DNA of 60,705 nucleotides, taken from NCBI GenBank assembly GCA_937896065.1, contig CALBLI010000031.1, positions 1 through 60,705 of the forward strand, in the 5' to 3' direction. The position numbers and the translations under genes are program-made. The stretch is from an uncultured Bacillales bacterium (GTDB lineage Bacteria; Bacillota_I; Bacilli_A; RFN20; CAG-288). Position 1 is the stretch's first letter, and each line of letters begins with the position of its first letter. The notes beneath the pieces were generated by a model. It worked only from the letters and a program-made list of their open reading frames with translations, searched no databases and was not told where the DNA came from. Below are positions 37,701 to 45,798 of the stretch, piece after piece.

Positions 37701-40700
37701 TATTCAGCAGTTAAAGACATTGGAGTTGACCAACTGATGTCTTTAGCTTCATCTGGATTGTAATCACCTGGTTTAGCTTTATAACCCAATTCAAAGGCAG
37801 ATTTGCCATTAGGAATAGTAAATAAAGCCGTCGTACCAAATGTTAAAGAAGTTAAATCATATCCAGCTCTATTGGGTAAGAAATTCTTCTGGGTAGTATT
37901 ATCAATACCTAAAGCAATTAATCTACCAGCATTTACGCTATCTTCAACATAGATATTAGAATCCCAAGTAGAAATTCCATTATCGTTATATGTCTTAATA
38001 AATGGAGAAGCAGCTTTCATGATTCTTGTAGTTTCATTTCCAAGCCCATCTTGAACAATGTATTGGATATTGATTTCATATTCATTATCAACGAAGACAG
38101 CATATAGTGCAAATAAGCCTTCACCTGTAGTATCAAAGTCTTTTTGCTCAACAGGTGTAACTGATGTGACAAAATCTTCACCATTTTGATTATAATAATA
38201 GCTTTTCTCAGATTTTAAAGTGGTAGCATTTCTAGTCTTATTGTAATAATAAAGTTGAGCTTTATTAACACCAGCAGTAGCTTTCACTTGATCATATTTA
38301 GATTTGGTTACCCACCCAACAAATGTTTTACCATTTGAAGCAGGAGTGGCAGTTGGCAATGTGTATGAACCACCTATATTATTTTTATAAATGCCAGTTA
38401 AATCAGTTAATTCAGCACCACCGAAGTTGTAGAAGACGACATTGACTGATTTAGCTTTAACCTTTAATTTAACAGTGATGTTTTTTGAAAATTCATAAAC
38501 AGAAGCACCAGAATAATTATTTCCTTCATATTCCCAAGCTTCAAATTCATAGCCTCTATATTTAGCAGTATTAGTTAATACAGGTGTTGGATAAGTAACA
38601 GCTTTTTTATATTCTACAGTTACTACACCACTATTATTAGTGCCAACACTTGGTCTATTATCTTGACCATTTAATAATTTACCTTCCTCATCAACAAATG
38701 TGATTGTATATGAAAGACTAAGATATTCAATAGCTATAGTGATATCGCCATTTTTATCTAGAAGTGAATTTAAAAGTTTAGGTGTAAGAATACTGGCTTG
38801 GGTCAAATTTGTTATTTGTTCCAAATTTACAGAAGTAACTGATAAATCATCATTTGGAACTACTTTTGTTAAAGCAGTTAAAGTATAGCCATCTCTATTT
38901 AATAAAGCAGCATCAGGGAAATTAATCAAACTATCGGTAGAAGTTGTAATTGTCGTATCAGCTGCTATTTTATTAGCAACAAAATTAGGATAAAGTCTAT
39001 TTGTTCCTACATTATCTTTCTCAGCTTTAATGAAAACAAATTTGATATTGTAGTTCTTAGCTTTAAGTCTTGCACTTATCTGTTGGTTATTAGTGTAATC
39101 AAAAATATCTTTTTCTAAATCAACTTTTTGTCCATTTGTATAATAGAAGCCTTCAAAATCATAGCCCATTGCATTTGCAGCAGCATTAACTGTATTTAAA
39201 AGATTATTCAAAGTTACGTTAGTTTTATCAGTAGTATCAATATTTGTTGCAGTATTAAGGAGCGAATTATATTTAACTACAAAGGTAGATGCACTCTCAA
39301 CCCAAATATAATCTGCTGCTTCTTTCTTCTTATATGTTACAGTAACACGATATTCTTGATATTCCCATTCAGCATATACAGCGTGATCAATAGATTGATA
39401 GACAGTTAAGGTTTCATTAACTTGAGTTTTAACACCATCTTTCATGATATACCAGTACTTAAAAACTCTTCCTTCTCTTGTAGGGTTGCTTTCAGGAAGA
39501 ATATATTTTTCACCAAAGGTATTAGTGATTTGAGCGTAGACATTTCCAGTACCAGCTCCACCATCACCAACTTCATCTTCACTAGTATAGAAGAAGACTG
39601 TAGGTGTCTTAGTTTCAAACTTAGCATATAAAACAATATCACGATAGTCTTTAGGGGCTAAAATATTTTTATAATATGTGCCATTACTAATAAGGCTAGA
39701 ATTGAAATTAGGATCTAAATACCAACCCAAGAATCTTGAATCTTGTAAGGTAGGGACTTTTAATTTATGTTCTTCATCATTATCATCAACAACTGTATAA
39801 GTAGTCTTATTCATGCTATTATCAGCTAATTCAGAAATAACATATTTAATATTATATGTATGTGGTTTTCTTACAACTACAACACGTATTTCATCACCAC
39901 TTACTGCTAGTAAATTGTTGGTTGCATCAGTACCTGTTTGAGTATCTGCATTATATGAACCATATAAATAATAATATGTATCATAGCCATAATATGCACT
40001 CTCATCTCCCCTAGTTGATGGAAGAGGTGATCTTTGTCCTTTTTCAACCGCATAACTAGCAATTGGGTTACCATTTAAATTGTTAGCGTCATAGAACAAA
40101 ACAGCAGTTGATTCATCGGTGATAACATATTGAATTTCACGATAATTTGGAACTTCAATATTTGGATCAGTGACTTTAAAATAAACTCTTGCCGTTTTTG
40201 TACCAGCAGTTGATGATTTCTCACCACTATAATAATCTACTTCAACGCCTTTAGGGAAACTATTTGAAGAAGCTATATCAAAATAAACTGAATATTCTTT
40301 ACCAGCTTGATATTTGAATGAAAAAGCTGGAGTTTGATTAGAGTGAGAATTACCATTATAGTCTTTCCACAATGTATTTTTATTTGCAATACCTTCGCTA
40401 ATAGCTGTATCAATTGCATCTTCGACATTCTTCTTATTGATAACTAATGTCGTTTTCATATCTACCAATTCTTCATAATTGGTTGATTCACTATTTAAAG
40501 TTGAGAATGTGACACTAACTTCATAAGTACCAGCATTTGTTGGTGCATCATTTGAAGTGCTACCATAAACACCATTTTCAACCTTCACATAAGATATGTG
40601 TGGTATAAATGGGAAATCATTATTTTGTTGATTAGTTCTGAGTGTCAAAACTCTGCCACTGATAGTAGAAACCTTAATATTCACTTCTTTTGGTAAACCA

Positions 40701-42538
40701 TCATATGTATAGGTAAATACATTTTTCTCTAAATCATATGCTGTACTTGCATCATCAGAAGTGGTAAACACTGCCTGAACATTTTCACCTTTAGTGTTTT
40801 GAATAGGAACAACACCAGCACTTCCGTCAGCAATAACAATACTATTATCAGCAGTCTTTTTACCTAAATTCTTTAATTTAGCTTTAACAATTGTAAAAAC
40901 TGCTTCTTGTGGTGCTTGTGCCATTTCTTTTTTGGTAGCATCAGTATATACATTTAAAGTTACATGATAAGTTCCAACATTTTTAGGTGATGAAGATTCA
41001 GTGATGCCATTAGCAGATTTATAAATGAGTTCATAAACATACTTTGGATCTTTATTATTGATTGTAATATCTTGTTGTTTGCCGTTATAAACAACTTGTT
41101 GATCAGCAATTGATGCTGATGCACCTATTTGTCTTGAATTGACAGTTAATACTAAATCACCGACAAGAGTTTTACTGGCAATAACACCATCAGTGCCAAC
41201 TGTTCCTGAATGATATTTAGCAGCATCAGCTGGTTTTGATGCATAATGTGGATCTGTTGTCACATCATAATTAGTCGTATAACTCCAACCAGTAAATTCA
41301 TAACCATCATTCATATTTGGAGTTGGTAAATTCAATTGTTCATCAAAAGTATAACGGATAGGACGTGAGCTATCGTCTTTAGAATTTGTGCCTTGGTAAA
41401 CAATTGTGTATTGTCTAGGAGTATAAGTGACGCTCAAGTTAATAGCTGTGTCTTGTTTTACAACCTCAGTAACTAATGATTCATCATATCCATTTTCAGT
41501 TGTATATGCACCCTTAGGAGCAGGGATATAAGTACCATCAGCTTTTTTAACGGCTAAAACAGGCAAATCATTTGGATCTAAAGTGCCACCAACAGGAAGA
41601 GAAATCTCATACCCAGTATAGTCTTTATCACTTGGATTACAAACAGTTCCATCTGGTCTTACAACAGGTACATTAGTTCCGTTGTAATAAGCAAAAACAT
41701 TAACTTTAACAACCTCAGCATTAGCCAAAATAGTAAGATTAGCAGTTAATGGTGCTGGATCTTTATAATTCAAATTCGTCGATTTAAAAGAAGCTGTAAC
41801 TTCCTGAGTACCAATAGTTGTTCTACCATTGTTTGTATAACTAACGACAACCTGGATATCTTCAGTAAGTCCTTCAACTGTAAGCTCATGCTTCTTGCCA
41901 TCATAGGCGTATTGTTTTGATTTGAAAACAACATTCGACATATCATAATCAGCTTTAGTGATATTCATGATTGTTGTTTTGCTATAAACTTCAACCTTAC
42001 TCACTTTATTTCGCATATAAACAGTTACTGGATATTGACCAACAGATATCGCTTTGTTGTTTGTATATCTTGAAACTTCATAGCCTTCGGGAATAGTATT
42101 TGGATCAACAGCAAGTGAATGTTCTTGTCCATCATAAACGAAATTAGTTTCATTGCCTTGGAAACGTAAATTATTCCAAATCTCATTTGCACCAGTAGAA
42201 TCAACAATACGCAATGTAGCTTCTTTCTTTTGGTAATTTGTTCCTTTATTGTCGCTAAAATAGGCAGTTATTGTATAGTCACCAGTATTAACTTGTGCAT
42301 TATTGTCTGAATATGTAACAGAAACCCCTTCTGGTAAATTTCCTGTAATTTCAAGCCCATGGACTTTGCCATCGTACAAAACAGTTTTATCTAAAAACTC
42401 AACATCTACAAACTTGGCTTCAGAGACTTCTTTTTGGCTATTCTCAGTGTTTGAAGAAGCACTTGTTGGTGTACAGCCAGTCACAGCTAACATTGAAGCA
42501 AGTACCGTAAGACTAAAGAGTTTATTTTTCTTTGACAT
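34724..42538 (-). CDS. Giant surface lipoprotein, 2604 aa: lipobox, MBG-like modules, Flg_new-type repeats, C-terminal BspA-type leucine-rich repeats
   Basis: GGGAGGA (42553-42547) lies 8 nt upstream of the ATG at 42538 (MSKKNKLFSLTVLASMLAVTGC), and only 2 nt from the track start at 42544. MBG-like VLYDGKVHGL, FVYDGQEHSL, YAYDGKKHEL. Repeat signatures YEFTGWS, SRFLGWY, KTFVGWV, KTFAGWR. The last ~470 aa carry LRR_5-like units (IPDTITEFEKGAFA, VKDYAFYCVGKLE, LKTIGKYAFSRTGLKSVSLSSSVENIGEGCFAYNQNLTSVNISSALKKIAIHTF). Confidence 0.9.
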   Translation of the reverse strand: MSKKNKLFSLTVLASMLAVTGCTPTSASSNTENSQKEVSEAKFVDVEFLDKTVLYDGKVHGLEITGNLPEGVSVTYSDNNAQVNTGDYTITAYFSDNKGTNYQKKEATLRIVDSTGANEIWNNLRFQGNETNFVYDGQEHSLAVDPNTIPEGYEVSRYTNNKAISVGQYPVTVYMRNKVSKVEVYSKTTIMNITKADYDMSNVVFKSKQYAYDGKKHELTVEGLTEDIQVVVSYTNNGRTTIGTQEVTASFKSTNLNYKDPAPLTANLTILANAEVVKVNVFAYYNGTNVPVVRPDGTVCNPSDKDYTGYEISLPVGGTLDPNDLPVLAVKKADGTYIPAPKGAYTTENGYDESLVTEVVKQDTAINLSVTYTPRQYTIVYQGTNSKDDSSRPIRYTFDEQLNLPTPNMNDGYEFTGWSYTTNYDVTTDPHYASKPADAAKYHSGTVGTDGVIASKTLVGDLVLTVNSRQIGASASIADQQVVYNGKQQDITINNKDPKYVYELIYKSANGITESSSPKNVGTYHVTLNVYTDATKKEMAQAPQEAVFTIVKAKLKNLGKKTADNSIVIADGSAGVVPIQNTKGENVQAVFTTSDDASTAYDLEKNVFTYTYDGLPKEVNIKVSTISGRVLTLRTNQQNNDFPFIPHISYVKVENGVYGSTSNDAPTNAGTYEVSVTFSTLNSESTNYEELVDMKTTLVINKKNVEDAIDTAISEGIANKNTLWKDYNGNSHSNQTPAFSFKYQAGKEYSVYFDIASSNSFPKGVEVDYYSGEKSSTAGTKTARVYFKVTDPNIEVPNYREIQYVITDESTAVLFYDANNLNGNPIASYAVEKGQRSPLPSTRGDESAYYGYDTYYYLYGSYNADTQTGTDATNNLLAVSGDEIRVVVVRKPHTYNIKYVISELADNSMNKTTYTVVDDNDEEHKLKVPTLQDSRFLGWYLDPNFNSSLISNGTYYKNILAPKDYRDIVLYAKFETKTPTVFFYTSEDEVGDGGAGTGNVYAQITNTFGEKYILPESNPTREGRVFKYWYIMKDGVKTQVNETLTVYQSIDHAVYAEWEYQEYRVTVTYKKKEAADYIWVESASTFVVKYNSLLNTATNIDTTDKTNVTLNNLLNTVNAAANAMGYDFEGFYYTNGQKVDLEKDIFDYTNNQQISARLKAKNYNIKFVFIKAEKDNVGTNRLYPNFVANKIAADTTITTSTDSLINFPDAALLNRDGYTLTALTKVVPNDDLSVTSVNLEQITNLTQASILTPKLLNSLLDKNGDITIAIEYLSLSYTITFVDEEGKLLNGQDNRPSVGTNNSGVVTVEYKKAVTYPTPVLTNTAKYRGYEFEAWEYEGNNYSGASVYEFSKNITVKLKVKAKSVNVVFYNFGGAELTDLTGIYKNNIGGSYTLPTATPASNGKTFVGWVTKSKYDQVKATAGVNKAQLYYYNKTRNATTLKSEKSYYYNQNGEDFVTSVTPVEQKDFDTTGEGLFALYAVFVDNEYEINIQYIVQDGLGNETTRIMKAASPFIKTYNDNGISTWDSNIYVEDSVNAGRLIALGIDNTTQKNFLPNRAGYDLTSLTFGTTALFTIPNGKSAFELGYKAKPGDYNPDEAKDISWSTPMSLTAEYRAKVIDSVITTKSKTKVSKTNQTGTRKVIDPNTGAEITKTFTDLTIEETQITNSTTNMNQTYGAKLLLPNDPVLDGYSFKKWVRTDEKGEKYYISSGTGYVEYTVNNDTVVNNYGIYKKVDSNYVLQTIPVGTKVYILAEYEKSPVNFTFSGLNSDGQRVGVLTNKPEEIVDAEVVEFYKTNKFGYQIYVDQTTGNKKFKYFDSSSKKLVEISLPEIKEKNGYNTGKWTVTMEVDDSIYDFNDGNKLVTARKVAKTVDLEDFADQILANDSSISNVSASITYVPKKVEISYYNNTELFSTAEASYSQKFTLPTIEASEGKTFAGWRLIKLKKTGQTFEEVETETIINSGSVTLDNFNYISIDDKGTTTLADDTYSIRFRAVFVDKSYKIKFNINNITSEYIQDSAGVYDFAITNGTPFYKVLLGSDNDAGLQIKLLQKLGLDPTQFALVIKSQKAKEQGSQKDIYCFADYANGRYTSKAFAAAYTNLDSEEDAYSYSEHGSVFSVGLVYLKNKINTQFFEFADDAQTKTATLTGLNGNNIATSTNALYKTNGNIWLPSYVMMGDSSESIYKINKVGASFLYNNQNGLEKVKDFAKAITIPDTITEFEKGAFAIMNGSNVAALNIDCPLLTKVNYLGTVASWNNIKFNDVSSNPMYLVYQNCFYKNNLQTLQMSWIDSVGTTLQLPKVSIIKKYTFINLSYLNKVIVPANINEFEEDCFKITDDRDCPATGGNYIGVERYATDELLAKSGYFIRQNQLTSVEYESTIENWAHITFGSKYSTPMSLAKFENGDRSTTPIADLKANGNSIRNLDGTSLIEVKDYAFYCVGKLELFTHSSALKTIGKYAFSRTGLKSVSLSSSVENIGEGCFAYNQNLTSVNISSALKKIAIHTFIKYKTKATLSGVETFDITINGTTSDYNQISLDSNYFGFLNSSFPINMVDGAATIQNEMIIRFRLKTNGDNDFKNICSDTELKEDRKGFINCLTGNTGPNA

Positions 42539-42581
42539 AGGCATAATCCTCCCTTATAAAAACTAGTAAGGTTATAAAATC

Positions 42582-42610
42582 ATTATATTTTAATACTATA
42601 TATATGAAAA
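42582..42610 (-). promoter_or_regulatory. Putative promoter of the two-gene giant-lipoprotein operon
   Basis: On the minus strand: TTTTCA (42610-42605), 17-nt spacer tatatatagtattaaaa, TATAAT (42587-42582), about 44 nt upstream of the ATG. The spacer starts with the same tatatat tract as the promoter at 12494-12522. Confidence 0.45.
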
Positions 42611-42906
42611 ATCAAGAAAACTAATAGAACAATAGCCCTCCAAATCGCTGATTTTAGCTAATTTTTAAGTTGTAAATTTTACTATTTTTCAGTTTTTTTA
42701 ATGTGCCAGGTTTTTTATTGCTATCAATGCTTGAATATTTGATATTGTAACAAATAAATTTATTTATTTTTTTTGTTTAAATTAAAAATGATATAATAAA
42801 AAGCAATTTTTAGTATTTATAAAAAATGTTAAATATTTATTTAATTTATATTTTAAAAAATTGAATAACTCACAAAATATTACTAAAATATATCGTTATT
42901 AAAAAT

Positions 42907-43782
42907 ATGAACACATTAACTATTAAAGCATATGCTAAAATCAATTTAGCCATTAATGTACTTGGAAAACTTGAAAATGGGTATCATGACATTGATATGG
43001 TGACAGTTCCACTTTTTTTGCATGATACACTTGAAATTACAAAGTTAGGTGCAAAATATAATACTTATCTTTTTTCAAACGATGAAAAAATTCCATGTGA
43101 TGAAACTAATTTAGTTTATAAAGCTCTATTTGCTTTGAAAGCTGATCACAAATTTACTGATAATTTTAAAATCTACATTTATAAACGTATACCTGTTGAA
43201 GCTGGCCTTGGTGGAGGTAGTTCAGATGCCGCTAGTATTGTCAAAGAGCTTCCAGCTCTGTTAGCGAATAAAATCAATGATAATTATGGTCCTTACTCAC
43301 TTGCAAAACAGATAGGTAGTGATGTATCTTTTTTCATTAAAAACAAACCCGCTCGTGTAAGAAAAGTAGGCGAGGAATTAGAAGAAATAGAAATTAAATG
43401 CCCTTATCACGTTTTGTTAGTTAAACCAAGCACTGGTTTATCAACTAAAGAAGTCTATAGCTTATATGATGATATGAAAGATGACATAATTCATCCAAAT
43501 ATTGATGAACTCATCTCAGCTTTAAGAATAGATGATGAGGATAAAATACAAGCTAATTTAATAAATGTTTTGACTAAGCCTGCTATTTCAAAGTTACCAA
43601 TCATATCAGATATTTTATTTCAAATGAATAATATGAATCTACCTCTTAGTGGAATGTCAGGAACAGGTTCAACTTGTTTTGCACTTTCTAAAGATAAAAA
43701 ATATTTAAAAGCAGTCGCTTCATATTTTGAAAAGCAAGGATATCAAGTTTTTTTAACACAATTAAACTTGACACAAAAGTAA
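42907..43782 (+). CDS. ispE: 4-diphosphocytidyl-2-C-methyl-D-erythritol kinase (MEP pathway)
   Basis: IKAYAKINLAINVLGK...GYHDIDMV and the GHMP-kinase motif PVEAGLGGGSSDAA. 291 aa. Confidence 0.88.
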   Translation: MNTLTIKAYAKINLAINVLGKLENGYHDIDMVTVPLFLHDTLEITKLGAKYNTYLFSNDEKIPCDETNLVYKALFALKADHKFTDNFKIYIYKRIPVEAGLGGGSSDAASIVKELPALLANKINDNYGPYSLAKQIGSDVSFFIKNKPARVRKVGEELEEIEIKCPYHVLLVKPSTGLSTKEVYSLYDDMKDDIIHPNIDELISALRIDDEDKIQANLINVLTKPAISKLPIISDILFQMNNMNLPLSGMSGTGSTCFALSKDKKYLKAVASYFEKQGYQVFLTQLNLTQK

Positions 43783-43824
43783 TCACTTATGGATGATATC
43801 AATCTCAAATGGGGAGGTGAACCT

Positions 43825-45705
43825 ATGAAAACCAAAAATTCTAAAAAATCTTTAACCTTATTTATCCCCGCTGTTACTATGGCTTTATCTTCTTGCAATA
43901 AAAATAGTACACCTGCAAGTTTATCAACTACGCCCTCATCAGTTCAGTCATCTACAACCTCTTATTCATCTTCTAAACAATCAATATGGTATGAAGTGAA
44001 AATACTTAGCAAGCCTGGTAAAACTGATGTTGTCGACTTGCGTGATGTATATAAAGTTGGAGAGGAAATGAATTTTTCCATCAACAATATGACTGGTCAT
44101 AATTTGATTGTGAAAATAAATAATATAATCATCGAGCCTGATGTGAATTTAAGATATAAATATATAGTAGCTGAAAATGATCAGGTACTTGTTATTACCA
44201 TTACCGAAGACATCAAAAAAATAGTTCCAGTGTTCAATTATACTCCTGCTGACTTAGCAAAATATGTGAGTGTTAGATTTTTAGATGAAAGCAAAGAATC
44301 ATTCTCACCTGGAGATTCTTTATATTTGCGTTTTTCAAAGAGCGAAGGCTATTCATTTAAAACTATCAAGCTTAATGGTGAAGATATCACTCAGCAAATA
44401 GTAAATGATATTTTTTACTATCTAATTCCAAGTGATGTCACCCAACTAGTATTTGATATCGTAGTCAGTTATGATCAAAGTACTATCAAACTAAATATAG
44501 AAAGTAATGATGCTAGTAGTTTTATAATAACTAATTATAAAAATTATTATCAAGCTAATGAACAAGCTAATATCAAAATTACCCCTAAAGATTACTATAA
44601 AATTGAAAATATTAAATTGAATGGAACAATCATCAATCCTAGTGATGATTCGTCAACAAGCGAAACTAAAATTTACTCATTTAAAATTCCATCAGCCTCA
44701 CCTGAAATCACGCTTACAATCTCATCTATTCCAAAGCAACCTATTATAAGAGGTGATATTTTCTCTTATAATGAAAGCAGTAAAATTACATCATCACTTG
44801 ATAAAATTCCGGGAATGAAAGTTCAAATACTTGATATGACTGACGGAAGTTATCAAACAACAACCGACGTTATTTTTGATAGTGGTGCTAGTAGTTATAT
44901 TGTTCCAATCAATAATGATAACGGAGCTTATTATACTAACCATAACTATACCATAAAACTTTTAATACCTGATGGTTCCTCTTTAAAAGAAGTTCAGGCT
45001 AATAATGGAGTTAAGGTTGGCCTTGATAATTCAAAATATATTCAAAATATAATAATACCAAGCACTACTGATTTAACTTTCACTGGTGAATGTGATTTAC
45101 CAACTCTTCCTATCACATTAAAAAAAGGTGAATCCTCAAAAATTGTTGATAATGGTAACAATGTAGTCATAGCTGCAACTAAAAAGAATGTATCAATCTC
45201 ATACAAACTGCAATACACTGGGAAATTAGTTGATGACAATGGTAATGTCATCACTGAATTTAATACTTTATTATCTAGTAGTGAAATCGATTTTGATTAT
45301 CAATTCTCGTTAAGTGATTACAAATCAAACACCAACAATTATTATTTTAGAATTTATCATAATAGCACAGATAAACAGTATTATGTAACACACAATCTTC
45401 AAAATGGTTATACAAATATAAGACCTTTAACTAGCCAATATATTAAAGCTTTATGTAATGGAAAATTGATTATAACTTTTAACAGAACAATTAAAGATGG
45501 TTCATATTTTTATAATTGTACTTTAAAGATTGAAGATAAAGAAAGTGAAACAAATAACTTGCAAGGATTTACTAGATCAGTCACTTCAAGCCCTGCAACT
45601 TTCATCGGTTCTAAAATGGAAGCTAGCAATCTTTTCCAAGATGATATTAACAAAGGCGATTTTATAATTTCAAGTTATCACATATCATGCAGTGATAATA
45701 TATAG
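43825..45705 (+). CDS. Surface lipoprotein, ~626 aa, with tandem beta-sandwich-like modules
   Basis: GGGGAGGTGA lies just upstream of the ATG at 43825. MKTKNSKKSLTLFIPAVTMALSSC has a lipobox, followed by a Ser/Thr-rich linker. Three ~85-aa modules each end in ..VLVITITE / ..LVFDIVVS / ..EITLTISS. The track start at 43789 lacks an RBS. Confidence 0.8.
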   Translation: MKTKNSKKSLTLFIPAVTMALSSCNKNSTPASLSTTPSSVQSSTTSYSSSKQSIWYEVKILSKPGKTDVVDLRDVYKVGEEMNFSINNMTGHNLIVKINNIIIEPDVNLRYKYIVAENDQVLVITITEDIKKIVPVFNYTPADLAKYVSVRFLDESKESFSPGDSLYLRFSKSEGYSFKTIKLNGEDITQQIVNDIFYYLIPSDVTQLVFDIVVSYDQSTIKLNIESNDASSFIITNYKNYYQANEQANIKITPKDYYKIENIKLNGTIINPSDDSSTSETKIYSFKIPSASPEITLTISSIPKQPIIRGDIFSYNESSKITSSLDKIPGMKVQILDMTDGSYQTTTDVIFDSGASSYIVPINNDNGAYYTNHNYTIKLLIPDGSSLKEVQANNGVKVGLDNSKYIQNIIIPSTTDLTFTGECDLPTLPITLKKGESSKIVDNGNNVVIAATKKNVSISYKLQYTGKLVDDNGNVITEFNTLLSSSEIDFDYQFSLSDYKSNTNNYYFRIYHNSTDKQYYVTHNLQNGYTNIRPLTSQYIKALCNGKLIITFNRTIKDGSYFYNCTLKIEDKESETNNLQGFTRSVTSSPATFIGSKMEASNLFQDDINKGDFIISSYHISCSDNI

Positions 45706-45798
45706 TTTGATCGATTAGACACATTCAATATAGTTTATACATACTATTAATAGACCACGTTTAGTGATAAAATATTTTTACTAAACGGAGGTTTTATT

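Noticed and set aside
42545-42906. Possible replication origin. This 362-bp AT-rich gap lies at the major strand switch: all genes from 18.9 to 42.5 kb are on the minus strand, and nearly all from 42.9 to 59.5 kb are on the plus strand.
   Set aside because: There is no cluster of DnaA boxes. The best match to TTATCCACA is TAACTCACA at 42866-42874 (6/9). No dnaA or dnaN gene is adjacent. Divergent promoters explain the region adequately. Whole-genome GC skew would be needed to revisit this.
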